From sequence record SRR22947727_1242: 40,448 bases of DNA; one strand, given 5' to 3'. The notes beneath the pieces are model-generated. The model saw nothing but the letters and a program-made list of their open reading frames with translations. It made no database searches and had not been told where the DNA came from. The translations under genes and the position numbers were made by a program. Positions 18,196 to 27,774 of this stretch are shown piece after piece (position 1 is the first letter of the stretch; each line of letters opens with the position of its first letter).

Positions 18196-18763
18196 TGTCG
18201 TTGTACATTTTCATTTGCTTATATACCTTCATATACTTGTCACCCTGCTCAAAGTCTAAGAGTAACTGGTCTATGGCCAAGCAGAGGTCTTCTTTTTGAG
18301 TGAGCAGCACTTCTAATTTCTCTTGGCACTGCGCAATATGGTCAGAACTGGCGTCTTCCCTAAGTACCTCTTCCCTCATATGATATACTTTTAATGCCAA
18401 AATAGAAAGTCTGTCTACCGCCCATGCAGGGCTTTCTGTGTTAATGGTAGCAGCGGCTGTGGCAGCCACATCCTTGAACTTCTCATAGAAATAACTGTCT
18501 ATATACTCTACTAAATCGGTGCGTTCTTGGTTGCTGGCGTCAATCTTTCTCTTTAACGCTAGGGCGCCTACTGGGTCTATAGCGGGATCTCTAATCAGGT
18601 CTTCGAAATGCCATTGAACAGTGTCTATCCAATTTTTTTTATACAACAAATGGGCAATTTCTTTGGTGTCGTGTGGGTTGTGGAATTCCTGATCTACACG
18701 ATCTATAAGGTGGTATTTTTCTATGCTCTCGTTAAATATTTTCCAGGCAGTTGCAGCAAACAT
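18161..18763 (-). CDS. DUF4254 domain protein
   Basis: WIDTVQWHFED, IDASNQERTD, TESPAWAVDRLSIL, KMYND. Confidence 0.85.
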   Translation of the reverse strand: MFAATAWKIFNESIEKYHLIDRVDQEFHNPHDTKEIAHLLYKKNWIDTVQWHFEDLIRDPAIDPVGALALKRKIDASNQERTDLVEYIDSYFYEKFKDVAATAAATINTESPAWAVDRLSILALKVYHMREEVLREDASSDHIAQCQEKLEVLLTQKEDLCLAIDQLLLDFEQGDKYMKVYKQMKMYNDNELNPVLRASK

Positions 18764-18780
18764 ATTCTTGTGATTTTAGG

Positions 18781-18788
18781 CAAAGGTA
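18781..18788 (-). promoter_or_regulatory. -7 promoter element (TACCTTTG) for DUF4254-GT9
   Basis: TAnnTTTG match in the 30-nt gap, 17 nt before the ATG. Confidence 0.6.
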
Positions 18789-18793
18789 CCCAT

Positions 18794-19756
18794 TTAATTT
18801 TGAACCAAATAAGCGATCAATCCCCAAAGTGGTGCGCTTAAAAAACCCCATAACAACAACTCTTTTTGCCAAATTTTAGGAAGTAATTCCGTGGTATTAC
18901 TCCACAAAAAGGCCATGGGGAAAAAACCAAATAACAAGGCGCTGTAATCGTCAAAAGGAGAAAAAAGGTAAAGTAGCCCCCCTAAAAAACCGGTCAAAGT
19001 CAGTATGGCCAGGCTGTTTTTACGGCCCAAAGAAGCCACTTTTGCGCTGGCTTTCCTACTGTAATTCCACAACAACACCAAAGCGCCGCTGCCGTAAAAC
19101 ACCATAATTAATGGGCTTATTTTAGCAGAAAACCCCTGGGGCTGATAATTGAAAAGGTAATGGGTCTTGAAAAAGGATTCAGGATTGCTTCTAATGACAA
19201 AGCCCCAAAGCAGTGCAGCATACACCAAAATTGCCCATAAAATTAATGACCAATACCTCGGATTATTTTTGTCGTATATAAATATAACGGTCGGCAACAA
19301 TAGGAAATAAAGCAAGGTCCAATCGTAAAAATAACTGGCCACTAAAAACCACAAACAAGCTTCAAATACTTTTTTTCTAGAGCGTTGCTTGGTCTTTAAG
19401 CTCAACAGCCTCCTAAGGCCTAAGAGCACAAAAAAATGGGCCAATAAAACCGCTGTATTCATGAAAATAGAAGAGAAAAAACCACAAAAAACCACAAAAA
19501 AGAATAAGGTATAGCTATGGGTGAGTACTAATTTGTTTCTCTTAAGAATAAAGTCAATTAAAAAGAGTACGGGAACCAAAATCCCTAAGGCTTTTAAGAA
19601 AAAACCTAGGTTTTTCATGAAATACGCCCCTATTCCCTGGTTGTCTTGAAGTCCAATACCTATAAACCCCTCGAACGAAAGAATATAAACAGCCAATAAA
19701 AAAGAAAGCAATAAAAAATTTACAGGCTTTGTTTTGCTAAAAATGTGGCTTATCAT
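18794..19756 (-). CDS. DUF6427-family integral membrane protein
   Basis: MISHIFSKTKPVN start, LRRLLSLK, many TM helices; Flavobacteriaceae synteny. Confidence 0.7.
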   Translation of the reverse strand: MISHIFSKTKPVNFLLLSFLLAVYILSFEGFIGIGLQDNQGIGAYFMKNLGFFLKALGILVPVLFLIDFILKRNKLVLTHSYTLFFFVVFCGFFSSIFMNTAVLLAHFFVLLGLRRLLSLKTKQRSRKKVFEACLWFLVASYFYDWTLLYFLLLPTVIFIYDKNNPRYWSLILWAILVYAALLWGFVIRSNPESFFKTHYLFNYQPQGFSAKISPLIMVFYGSGALVLLWNYSRKASAKVASLGRKNSLAILTLTGFLGGLLYLFSPFDDYSALLFGFFPMAFLWSNTTELLPKIWQKELLLWGFLSAPLWGLIAYLVQN

Positions 19757-19768
19757 GAGAAGATTTTA

Positions 19769-19776
19769 TACTTTTG
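19769..19776 (+). promoter_or_regulatory. -7 promoter element (TACTTTTG), probably for the DUF6341 gene
   Basis: TAnnTTTG match 100 nt upstream of ATG 19877. Confidence 0.45.
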
Positions 19777-19876
19777 TGGCGCAAGAAGGTCTGTAATACA
19801 CTTCTCAAGCATAAAGTTACGCTAAATATTAAAAATGATGGGTTTGTTTTTAAGGCCCGCAATAAAATAAAATATT

Positions 19877-20101
19877 ATGATGGTCTCTATTTTTAAAGCA
19901 ATTGAAAGCCTTTTTTTAGATTATTTGTTTTTGCCATTTGACGCTTTACGCAGTATGGATAACTGGTGGGCTTCTAATGCTTTAAACTGGTTCTTCATGA
20001 GCATTGGCGCTGCAGCTATGATCTATTGGATGCTTCAGCTAAAAAGCTTTAATGATTCAGGAGAAGAAAATAAAGACGTTTCTGCGCATTCTTATATATA
20101 A
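19877..20101 (+). CDS. DUF6341-family small membrane protein
   Basis: PFDALR, WWASNALNW, YWMLQL, C-terminal SAHSY; followed by a terminator. Confidence 0.7.
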   Translation: MMVSIFKAIESLFLDYLFLPFDALRSMDNWWASNALNWFFMSIGAAAMIYWMLQLKSFNDSGEENKDVSAHSYI

Positions 20102-20127
20102 GCCTCAGGGCTTGGTCCTAAAATTAT

Positions 20128-20162
20128 ATAAAAAAAGCCCGCTTACAGCGGGCTTTTTTTAT
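20128..20162. terminator. Bidirectional intrinsic terminator
   Basis: Perfect 16-bp inverted repeat ATAAAAAAAGCCCGCT-TAC-AGCGGGCTTTTTTTAT between convergent genes. Confidence 0.9.
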
Positions 20163-20229
20163 GGCTTTCCTGAAAATGTAACTTTCCTTAAAATCAGATT
20201 CATTGTTTAGGGCTTAATCCAAATTAGAC

Positions 20230-21504
20230 TTAGTCTAGGTCAAAACCTAAGTCTTCTCTGTAATATATGTCTTTAAATGAAATGCCTTTTAATCGCTGGT
20301 AAGACTTAGAAAGGGCTTCTTTGTGATTGTCTCCAAAACTAGTTACGGCTAAGACCCTTCCTCCATTGGTTACAACGCTGCCGTTTTGAATTGTCGTTCC
20401 TGCATGAAAAACCAAGGAATCACTTGGCGTTTCTAAGCCTGAGATTTCATGGCCTTTTTCATAGGCCTCTGGGTATCCGCCAGCAACACTCATCACTGTT
20501 GTGGCTGTTCTTGGATCAATCTCTAATTGGATTTGATCCAATGTTTGGTTGGCTACTGCATTAAATACGGCAACCAAATCAATTTTAAGTCTAGGCAAGA
20601 CCACCTCTGTTTCTGGATCTCCCAAACGTACATTATATTCTATAACAAATGGGTCTTCTCCCACTTTGATTAGACCAATAAAAATAAAACCTTTATAAGG
20701 CAGGCCATCCTTTTCAAGACCCTTAACAGTTGGTTCTACAACCCTTTTATGGATCTTATCCATAAAGGCGGCGTTTGCAAAAGGTACTGGAGAAATAGCC
20801 CCCATGCCACCGGTATTTAAACCGGTATCTCCTGTGCCAATTCTTTTGTAATCCTTGGCTGTAGGAAGTACTTTATAGTTTTTACCGTCTGTTAAAACAA
20901 AGCAAGACAATTCAATGCCCTCTAAAAACGCTTCTATCACTACTGTGGTACTCGCAGCGCCAAACTTAGCGTCTAATAGCATGCTTTTTAATTCTTTTTT
21001 AGCGGTCGCCAAGTCTTCTAGTATAAGCACGCCTTTTCCTGCCGCCAATCCGTCTGCTTTTAATACGTAAGGCGCTTTGAGTGTGTCTAAGAAAGCATAG
21101 CCCGCTGCCAAGTTTTCAGCTGTAAAAGCTTGGTAAGCAGCTGTTGGAATGCCGTGACGCATGAGAAATTGCTTGGCAAAATCTTTACTGCCTTCTAATG
21201 CTGCTGCGGCTTTCTGAGGGCCTATCACTGGAATATTTTCCAGGGCTGAATCTGCTAAAAAAAAGTCGTGTACTCCTAATACCAATGGGTCTTCTGGCCC
21301 CACTACCACCATTTGAATGTCATGGGCCAAAACGGCTTCCTTAATGGCTGGAAAATCAGTGACGCCAATGGCTAAATTGGTTGCTATAGAAGCCGTTCCA
21401 GCATTTCCAGGAGCTACAAACAACTGGGTTGGCGTACTGCTTTGTTTAAGCTTCCATGCGATGGTATGTTCACGCCCTCCGGCGCCTAGAATGAGAATAT
21501 TCAT
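20230..21504 (-). CDS. purD: Phosphoribosylamine--glycine ligase
   Basis: GAGGREH, LEGSKDFAK, KADGLAAGKGV, NTGGMGA, RLGDPE, GGRVL. Confidence 0.98.
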   Translation of the reverse strand: MNILILGAGGREHTIAWKLKQSSTPTQLFVAPGNAGTASIATNLAIGVTDFPAIKEAVLAHDIQMVVVGPEDPLVLGVHDFFLADSALENIPVIGPQKAAAALEGSKDFAKQFLMRHGIPTAAYQAFTAENLAAGYAFLDTLKAPYVLKADGLAAGKGVLILEDLATAKKELKSMLLDAKFGAASTTVVIEAFLEGIELSCFVLTDGKNYKVLPTAKDYKRIGTGDTGLNTGGMGAISPVPFANAAFMDKIHKRVVEPTVKGLEKDGLPYKGFIFIGLIKVGEDPFVIEYNVRLGDPETEVVLPRLKIDLVAVFNAVANQTLDQIQLEIDPRTATTVMSVAGGYPEAYEKGHEISGLETPSDSLVFHAGTTIQNGSVVTNGGRVLAVTSFGDNHKEALSKSYQRLKGISFKDIYYREDLGFDLD

Positions 21505-21565
21505 GGGGGTAAAAATTTTTGTAAAAATACACTTTGTAAAAGAAACCCTTTGTTTCTCCTACAAT

Positions 21566-22558
21566 TTATTTAAAATCTCTGTGTGCCTTAGCATTTAATT
21601 CTTCCGCAGGTAATGATTTAAAATAGTCAAAAACCTTGGCAATCCCTTCTTCTCTAGATACTTTCGGGGTCCAATCCAACACTTTTTTAGCCAGTGAAAT
21701 ATCTGGTTTTCGCTGAAGCGGGTCGTCCTGAGGCAGGGGCTTAAATACTATTTTTTGATCCGTACCGCTGAGGCGTTGAATTTCCTGAGCAAATTCTAGA
21801 ATAGTGGTTTCATTGGGGTTTCCAATATTGACAGGCTCAGCATAATCAGACATGAGCAAGCTGTAAATACCTGCTACCTGATCTGAAATATAACAAAACG
21901 ACCTGGTCTGGCTTCCATCTCCAAATACGGTGAGGTCTTCTCCTCGGAGTACCTGTCCCATAAAAGCAGGGACTACCCTCCCATCATTGAGCCGCATTCT
22001 AGGACCGTAGGTGTTAAAGATTCTAACAATACGGGTCTCTAATCCGTGAAAACGGTGGTAAGCCATGGTAATAGATTCCATAAAGCGTTTGGCCTCGTCA
22101 TAGACGCCCCTTGGCCCTACAGGGCTCACATTTCCGTTGTAGTCTTCTGTTTGTGGGTGTACCAAAGGGTCTCCGTACACTTCTGAGGTAGAAGCCACTA
22201 AAATTCTGGCGCCTTTCTCCTTGGCCAGACCTAATAAGTTGTGGGTGCCCAAAGCCCCCACTTTAAGGGTTTCTATGGGAATTTTAAGGTAATCTATAGG
22301 ACTTGCTGGAGAAGCGAAATGCAAGATGTAATCCAAAGCACCAGGGACGTGTACAAAAGTAGTGACGTCATGGTGGTGAAATTCAAAATGAGGCAAAGAG
22401 AACAGGTGGGAAATGTTTTTTAAATCTCCTGTAATCAGGTTGTCCATGCCAATGACATGAAAGTCTTTTTCTATGAAAAAATCACAAAGGTGGGACCCTA
22501 AAAAGCCAGCAGCTCCTGTGATTAAAATTCTCTTTTTTGTCAATGTTATGTGCGTCAT
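21566..22558 (-). CDS. UDP-glucuronate decarboxylase family SDR
   Basis: [54 protein letters not shown]. Confidence 0.92.
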   Translation of the reverse strand: MTHITLTKKRILITGAAGFLGSHLCDFFIEKDFHVIGMDNLITGDLKNISHLFSLPHFEFHHHDVTTFVHVPGALDYILHFASPASPIDYLKIPIETLKVGALGTHNLLGLAKEKGARILVASTSEVYGDPLVHPQTEDYNGNVSPVGPRGVYDEAKRFMESITMAYHRFHGLETRIVRIFNTYGPRMRLNDGRVVPAFMGQVLRGEDLTVFGDGSQTRSFCYISDQVAGIYSLLMSDYAEPVNIGNPNETTILEFAQEIQRLSGTDQKIVFKPLPQDDPLQRKPDISLAKKVLDWTPKVSREEGIAKVFDYFKSLPAEELNAKAHRDFK

Positions 22559-22581
22559 ATGGGGCGAACTTTATAAGGTCA

Positions 22582-23526
22582 TTAAGCGGTCTTTAGTATG
22601 CTGAGCACCTCAGCCAAGGCTTCTTTCCAATGTCTCGCCTTGGGGTCTAAGGTGTTTTCTAGTACGCTGTATGCAGGGCGAGGCGCTGCTGCTGCAAAAT
22701 CTTCACTGCTAATGGGTTTTACTGTGATGGGTAGATTACTCTGTTCAAATACAGCGCCAGCCAACTGAGCCCAATGAACGGGTCCAGCATTACTGAAATG
22801 GAGTATCCCGTAAGGAAGTGATTGGACCGTAAGAAGTGCTAAAAGTGCTCTGGCCAAATCAAGGGCAGAAGTAGGGCAGCCAAATTGGTCAGAAACTACT
22901 GAAATAGTCGGTTTTACCCTGGCTGAAGTTTGCTGATTTGGTTCAGATGAAAACTGCAGTCTTTCCTTTGCCAGACGCAACATGGTCTTGACAAAATTAT
23001 TCCCAAAGGGACTAAAAACCCATGAAGTTCTCACAATATAGTGGGGTCCTCCATGAAGTTGTACCGCTTTTTCTCCTGCCGCCTTTGACTGGGCATAAAC
23101 CCCTATTGGGTGTATGGGGTCTGAATGCAAAAAAGGCTTTTGATCACTGCTTTTTCCGGCAAAAACAAAATCTGTAGAGAGGTACACAAAAAGGATGTTT
23201 CTCTTGGCGCAAGCTGCTGCTAAAATCCTTGTGGCTGTTTCATTAATGGTAAATGCCGCTTCTTTTTGGGTCTCTGCAGCATCTACTGCTGTAAAAGCAG
23301 CCGCGTGAACAAAAGCCTTGGGAGCGTGTTTGTCTAAGAGCCCTTCTATAACGGAAGAAAGATTGTCTGTTTGGCTTAAATCTAAGCTGCTACGGTCTAA
23401 AAACCCCCATGAATTTTTAGAAAAAAGAGGCGTCTCTTCAGTGTCTAAGACGTGCCTAAGAGACTGTCCCACTTGTCCAGAAGCACCGCTAACTAAAACC
23501 GAGTACATAGGGCTTTGTATGCTCAT
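22582..23526 (-). CDS. rfbD: dTDP-4-dehydrorhamnose reductase
   Basis: GASGQVG, AAFTAVDAAE, STDFVF, YAQSK, DQFGCPT, PRPAYS. Confidence 0.93.
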   Translation of the reverse strand: MSIQSPMYSVLVSGASGQVGQSLRHVLDTEETPLFSKNSWGFLDRSSLDLSQTDNLSSVIEGLLDKHAPKAFVHAAAFTAVDAAETQKEAAFTINETATRILAAACAKRNILFVYLSTDFVFAGKSSDQKPFLHSDPIHPIGVYAQSKAAGEKAVQLHGGPHYIVRTSWVFSPFGNNFVKTMLRLAKERLQFSSEPNQQTSARVKPTISVVSDQFGCPTSALDLARALLALLTVQSLPYGILHFSNAGPVHWAQLAGAVFEQSNLPITVKPISSEDFAAAAPRPAYSVLENTLDPKARHWKEALAEVLSILKTA

Positions 23527-24068
23527 TAAAAAACATCTTTTAATAAGGGAAGCGCTTGGTCTTTTTCTGATAATAGGGGCCTGCGCTCTCCAAGACCCCA
23601 GTCAATATTTAATGAAGGGTCTGCAAAATAAATACCGCCTTCTTGGTCTTTTTGATAAGGGGCGTCACAGGCATAGACCACCGTAGCTGTATTGGTCAAC
23701 ACAGAAAAACCATGGGCAAAACCTTTGGGAATATAGAGTTGTTTGAGGTTCAATGCACTTAATTTAGTGCGGTGGTGTATTCCATAGGTAGGTGAACCCG
23801 GCCTTAGATCTACCACCACGTCTATAATTTCACCCGCTAATACCCGAACTAATTTGGCCTGAGCATAGGCCCCTTTTTGATAGTGCAGCGCCCTAATCGT
23901 TCCTTTTACAGAGGTAGATTGATTCTCTTGAGCCACTTCAAAAGACAGCCCAGTAGCGGCATAGAAATGGGCTTTGTTAAAAGCCTCAAAAAAGGAGCCG
24001 CGGGCGTCTTTAAAAAGGTTTGGCGTTATTTCAAAACAACCCTTTAAAGGGGTTTCTATATAGGACAT
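23526..24068 (-). CDS. rfbC: dTDP-4-dehydrorhamnose 3,5-epimerase
   Basis: DARGSFFE, LHYQ, QAKLV, VDLRPGSPTYG, PKGFAHGF, LSEKD. Confidence 0.95.
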   Translation of the reverse strand: MSYIETPLKGCFEITPNLFKDARGSFFEAFNKAHFYAATGLSFEVAQENQSTSVKGTIRALHYQKGAYAQAKLVRVLAGEIIDVVVDLRPGSPTYGIHHRTKLSALNLKQLYIPKGFAHGFSVLTNTATVVYACDAPYQKDQEGGIYFADPSLNIDWGLGERRPLLSEKDQALPLLKDVF

Positions 24069-24122
24069 ACCGGGAAGGATTTTACTATTAGCGTCACTTT
24101 AGTGGTATTTTTATACATGATG

Positions 24123-24983
24123 CTATTGGAGGTTTCTCAATAAATTTTTTCCGTATCCGCTTTTTTCAAGCGGTTTTGCTAAGGCAATAAAAGCGTCTTT
24201 ACTAATATAACCCATTTCGTAAGCCGCCAGTTCAATAGCTCCTACGCTTAAGCCTTGTCTGGTTTCTATGACTTCTACAAATTGTGCCGCATGCCGCAAA
24301 GACTCAAAAGTACCCGTGTCTAACCAGGCTATTCCAGTGTCTAACTTTTGTACGTTGAGTTTTCCCTGTTTTAAATAGGCTGTATTAACGTCTGTTATTT
24401 CTAATTCTCCCCGCTGACTGGGTTGAATGGATTTTGCGATGTTTACCACAGAAGCGTCATAAAAATATATCCCTGGTACGGCAAAATTAGAGCTGGGATT
24501 TAGGGGTTTTTCTTCTATAGAAAGGGCTTTTTGTTGGTGGTCAAAAGTGACCACCCCATAAGACTGTGGGTCTTGAACTGGATAGGCAAAAATAGTCCCT
24601 CCTTTTGGGTTTTTTGCGTTTTGTAGCAAGGCAGACAAACCGCTTCCATAAAAAATATTATCGCCTAAAATTAAAGCCACATCTGAATTTCCAATAAAGG
24701 ATTCTCCTATAATAAAAGCCTCTGCCAATCCATTTGGCGCCTCTTGCACCGCATAAGAAAACTGACAGCCCAAAGCTGTTCCGTCTCCCAGCAACTGTTT
24801 AAAAAGTGGCGCGTCTGTAGGGGTGGTAATGATTAAAATTTCTCTAATACCCGCATACATGAGGGTAGAAATAGGGTAGTAGATCATGGGTTTATTGTAC
24901 ACAGGCATGAGTTGTTTGCTCACCGCCAATGTTATGGGGTGTAACCTGCTTCCGCTTCCGCCTGCTAAAATAATACCTTTCAT
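24123..24983 (-). CDS. rfbA: Glucose-1-phosphate thymidylyltransferase
   Basis: [42 protein letters not shown]. Confidence 0.97.
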   Translation of the reverse strand: MKGIILAGGSGSRLHPITLAVSKQLMPVYNKPMIYYPISTLMYAGIREILIITTPTDAPLFKQLLGDGTALGCQFSYAVQEAPNGLAEAFIIGESFIGNSDVALILGDNIFYGSGLSALLQNAKNPKGGTIFAYPVQDPQSYGVVTFDHQQKALSIEEKPLNPSSNFAVPGIYFYDASVVNIAKSIQPSQRGELEITDVNTAYLKQGKLNVQKLDTGIAWLDTGTFESLRHAAQFVEVIETRQGLSVGAIELAAYEMGYISKDAFIALAKPLEKSGYGKNLLRNLQ

Positions 24984-25051
24984 TTTATTGTTTTAAAGGG
25001 GTTTTAGGCCGCTATTTGGCGCCTCAAACCCTAGGGCTAAAATAACACTTT

Positions 25052-26098
25052 CTATTCCGATTTGTATTGGTTTTCATAATAGGATTGATACGCACCAGAA
25101 GTAACCTGAGCCAACCAATCTGGATTTTCTAAGTACCATTTTATAGTGGCCGCAAGCCCCGCTTCAAAAGTATGGGCCGGGGTCCAACCCAAGCTTCGCT
25201 CAATTTTACTAGCGTCTATAGCATACCGAAGGTCGTGTCCGGGACGGTCTTTTACAAAAGTAATGCGCTTTTGAGAGGTCCCTTGAGGATTTCCAATGGC
25301 TGCATCCATTTGGTCGCACAGCAGGCGAATAAGGTCTATATTGGTATATTCATTGTGCCCGCCAATGAGGTAAGTTGCTGCATTTTCTCCATTGTGATAC
25401 ACCTGATCAATAGCCAAGGCGTGGTCTTTTACAAACAGCCAATCTCTGGTGTAAAGGCCATTTCCATAAATAGGCAAGTCTTTACCTTCTAGAATATTGT
25501 GAATACAAAGCGGTATGAGTTTTTCCGGGAAATGATTGGGCCCGTAATTGTTAGAACAATTAGAGATTACATAGGGTAAACCATAGGTTTCTCCATAGGC
25601 GCGTACCAAGTGGTCTGCACTGGCTTTTGAAGCGGAATAGGGAGAATTAGGGGCATAAGGGCTTTCTTCTGTAAAGTAACCCGTAGGGCCTAAAGCACCA
25701 AACACCTCATCGGTAGAGATCTGATAAAAACGCCTTCCCTCAAAAGATTTCCAATGGGCCTTGCAAGCATTTAAAAGCGCTGCTGTGCCTTTGATATTGG
25801 TGTCTATAAAAGCCATAGGATCTTTAATGGAACGGTCTACATGACTTTCAGCCGCTAAGTGAATAACCCCTTTAATGTCGTGTTGTGTAAAAAGGCGGTC
25901 TAAAAGCAAGGGGTCCGTTATGCTGCCTTTTACAAAGGTATAATTTGGCCTTTGCTCTATGTCTTTGAGGTTTTCTAAATTCCCTGCATAGGTCAGTGCG
26001 TCTAAATTAATAATGTGGTAGTCGGGGTATTTTTGAACAAACAAACGCACCACATGGGATCCAATAAAACCAGCGCCACCTGTAATGAGTAATGACAT
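25052..26098 (-). CDS. rfbB: dTDP-glucose 4,6-dehydratase
   Basis: TGGAGFIGS, AAESHVDRS, STDEV, YSASKA, DRPGHDLRY. Confidence 0.97.
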   Translation of the reverse strand: MSLLITGGAGFIGSHVVRLFVQKYPDYHIINLDALTYAGNLENLKDIEQRPNYTFVKGSITDPLLLDRLFTQHDIKGVIHLAAESHVDRSIKDPMAFIDTNIKGTAALLNACKAHWKSFEGRRFYQISTDEVFGALGPTGYFTEESPYAPNSPYSASKASADHLVRAYGETYGLPYVISNCSNNYGPNHFPEKLIPLCIHNILEGKDLPIYGNGLYTRDWLFVKDHALAIDQVYHNGENAATYLIGGHNEYTNIDLIRLLCDQMDAAIGNPQGTSQKRITFVKDRPGHDLRYAIDASKIERSLGWTPAHTFEAGLAATIKWYLENPDWLAQVTSGAYQSYYENQYKSE

Positions 26099-26100
26099 GA

Positions 26101-27774
26101 CTAATTGTTTAAGATTTGGGTGAGTATTTTTTCTGTAATGAGGTAAGTAGGTTTTACCCCTGTAGTACCAAGCCCTCCAGAGGCTAAAGTACTACCCGTT
26201 TCCAGTGGGTTGTCTGAGGCGTAATACGCGTAGTTCACTTCTACGTCTTCGCGAATACTTCTGCGTACTTTAGAAGCAGATTGAATGGCTTTTTGATAAT
26301 GCACCCCTTCCATCTCTAAACCAATCACATTCCAAGTAGATTCATGGAAGTAAGTAAGTATGTCTTTGTTTTGAAGCGAGGTCCCTAAAACAGAAATCAT
26401 AGCGCCTTCTAACACCAGTAGGTCATGGCCTTCAAAATCTGACGCACAAAGCTGGTTGGTAAAGGGATAATTGTCTGCAGATCCCTCAAAAACATGGGCA
26501 TTTGGAATCATTAAATCTCCTTTTCCGCCTTCTAAAATCCCTGCTTTCCCCATGATAGAAATAGAGTGAACATCTAAAAACAAAGGTGTTTTTCTATTGG
26601 CTTTATAAGGCTTTAATAATTCGTCCATGGTCTCATAGGCCTGCTCTCCAAAGGCGTAATCCATCACAAAAATAACAGGTGCTTTTTCGGGGTCTGTAAA
26701 TTTGGGCACAAAATTACTCTGTCCTACTGCCTTGGCTAGATCAAATATTTGTATGTCTATATTGGTCCCAGATTGGTCTGGAATAGCGGTCATTCCGTGT
26801 GCTGTTGCAAATTCGGTTACCTCTGCTCTAAGGGCCTCGTTTTCAGGAGCACTGAGGGCTTCGTATATGTCTAAATCAGTGCTTTTTTCAAAGGCTTTGC
26901 CCAAGGCTTTCCTTGCAAACAAAGCGTTCATTACCGAGTGCATATTTGCACTGATAATATGTAAAGGCCTGCCCATAAGGTCTTGTTTAATGAGTGACTC
27001 TTTAATGGCATTGGCCCATCTTTCTCCATGAATATGGTGCCCCAAACGCTCTCTGAGTAATGGGCTAAAAGTAATGGTGCGTTTTTCTCCTGTGGTTTCT
27101 TCTTCTATAGCCAAATTACCCAGCCAGTAGATCACTTTTAAAAAACGCTCTGGCTGTGCTTTAGTCGCTAACTTTTTATGCATGTCTGAGACTTCTAGAA
27201 AAGAACGTCCCAGAAAATTAGACATATGAATTAAGGCGGTTTCGCGTTCTGCTATAGTGAGTTTTCCTTTGGCAATAGCCTCTGAAAACTTGGTCCAATC
27301 TCTGGTCGTTTTTTGACTGTCTTCTAAGTAAACACGCTTTAAAATCTTGTGTGATTCTATAAACAAGAACGTCAGGTGGGTGAGAATATCGTAAATATCC
27401 GAACGCCCTCTAGTAATTTCTACATTCATTTGTTCGTGGTCTATTCTAAAGCAATTCCTGCGCCTTTTTGGGGGCACAATGGCTTTAAAATGAGCCGCCC
27501 CATAACCTTCATCTGAGGTAAGGTTTATAAAACGACACTCCTCAATCCCTTCTGGCAAACGTTCCAATACATAAATGAGCCCGTTGAGCTCTGCTTTTTC
27601 TTCTGCTATACTCCCATATATTTCAGGTCTGAGCTGTAGCAAAGCATTTTTTAGTGTTTCCCCAGAAACCCCCATAGGCTTGTAAAAGCCTCTATTAAAT
27701 AGGTGTCTCATGGTAATATAAATACGCTCAATAGCGTTTGTGGACTCTCTGGCCCTAGTGTTTTTATTAGACAT
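26101..27774 (-). CDS. DUF6909-family protein with a predicted C-terminal nucleoside phosphorylase / AMP-nucleosidase-like domain
   Basis: 557-aa ORF; C-terminal MGKAG..GD, GLEMEG and ASDNPL follow PNP/UDP-fold motif order; overlaps the GH3 gene by 8 nt. Confidence 0.7.
   Translation of the reverse strand: MSNKNTRARESTNAIERIYITMRHLFNRGFYKPMGVSGETLKNALLQLRPEIYGSIAEEKAELNGLIYVLERLPEGIEECRFINLTSDEGYGAAHFKAIVPPKRRRNCFRIDHEQMNVEITRGRSDIYDILTHLTFLFIESHKILKRVYLEDSQKTTRDWTKFSEAIAKGKLTIAERETALIHMSNFLGRSFLEVSDMHKKLATKAQPERFLKVIYWLGNLAIEEETTGEKRTITFSPLLRERLGHHIHGERWANAIKESLIKQDLMGRPLHIISANMHSVMNALFARKALGKAFEKSTDLDIYEALSAPENEALRAEVTEFATAHGMTAIPDQSGTNIDIQIFDLAKAVGQSNFVPKFTDPEKAPVIFVMDYAFGEQAYETMDELLKPYKANRKTPLFLDVHSISIMGKAGILEGGKGDLMIPNAHVFEGSADNYPFTNQLCASDFEGHDLLVLEGAMISVLGTSLQNKDILTYFHESTWNVIGLEMEGVHYQKAIQSASKVRRSIREDVEVNYAYYASDNPLETGSTLASGGLGTTGVKPTYLITEKILTQILNN

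Noticed and set aside
19813-20185. 8-bp inverted repeat (AAAGTTAC/GTAACTTT) flanking DUF6341, as an invertible segment
   Set aside because: Too short for AT-rich DNA, no recombinase nearby, and one copy overlaps a likely promoter element.
24996-25031. Imperfect hairpin between rfbB and rfbA
   Set aside because: Mismatched stem, large loop and only a short T-run; insufficient to call a terminator.
16015-27774. DUF6909 nucleosidase-like protein as the de-adenylating step after ArsS
   Set aside because: It is about 9 kb away, on the opposite strand and coupled to GH3; nothing in the sequence links them.
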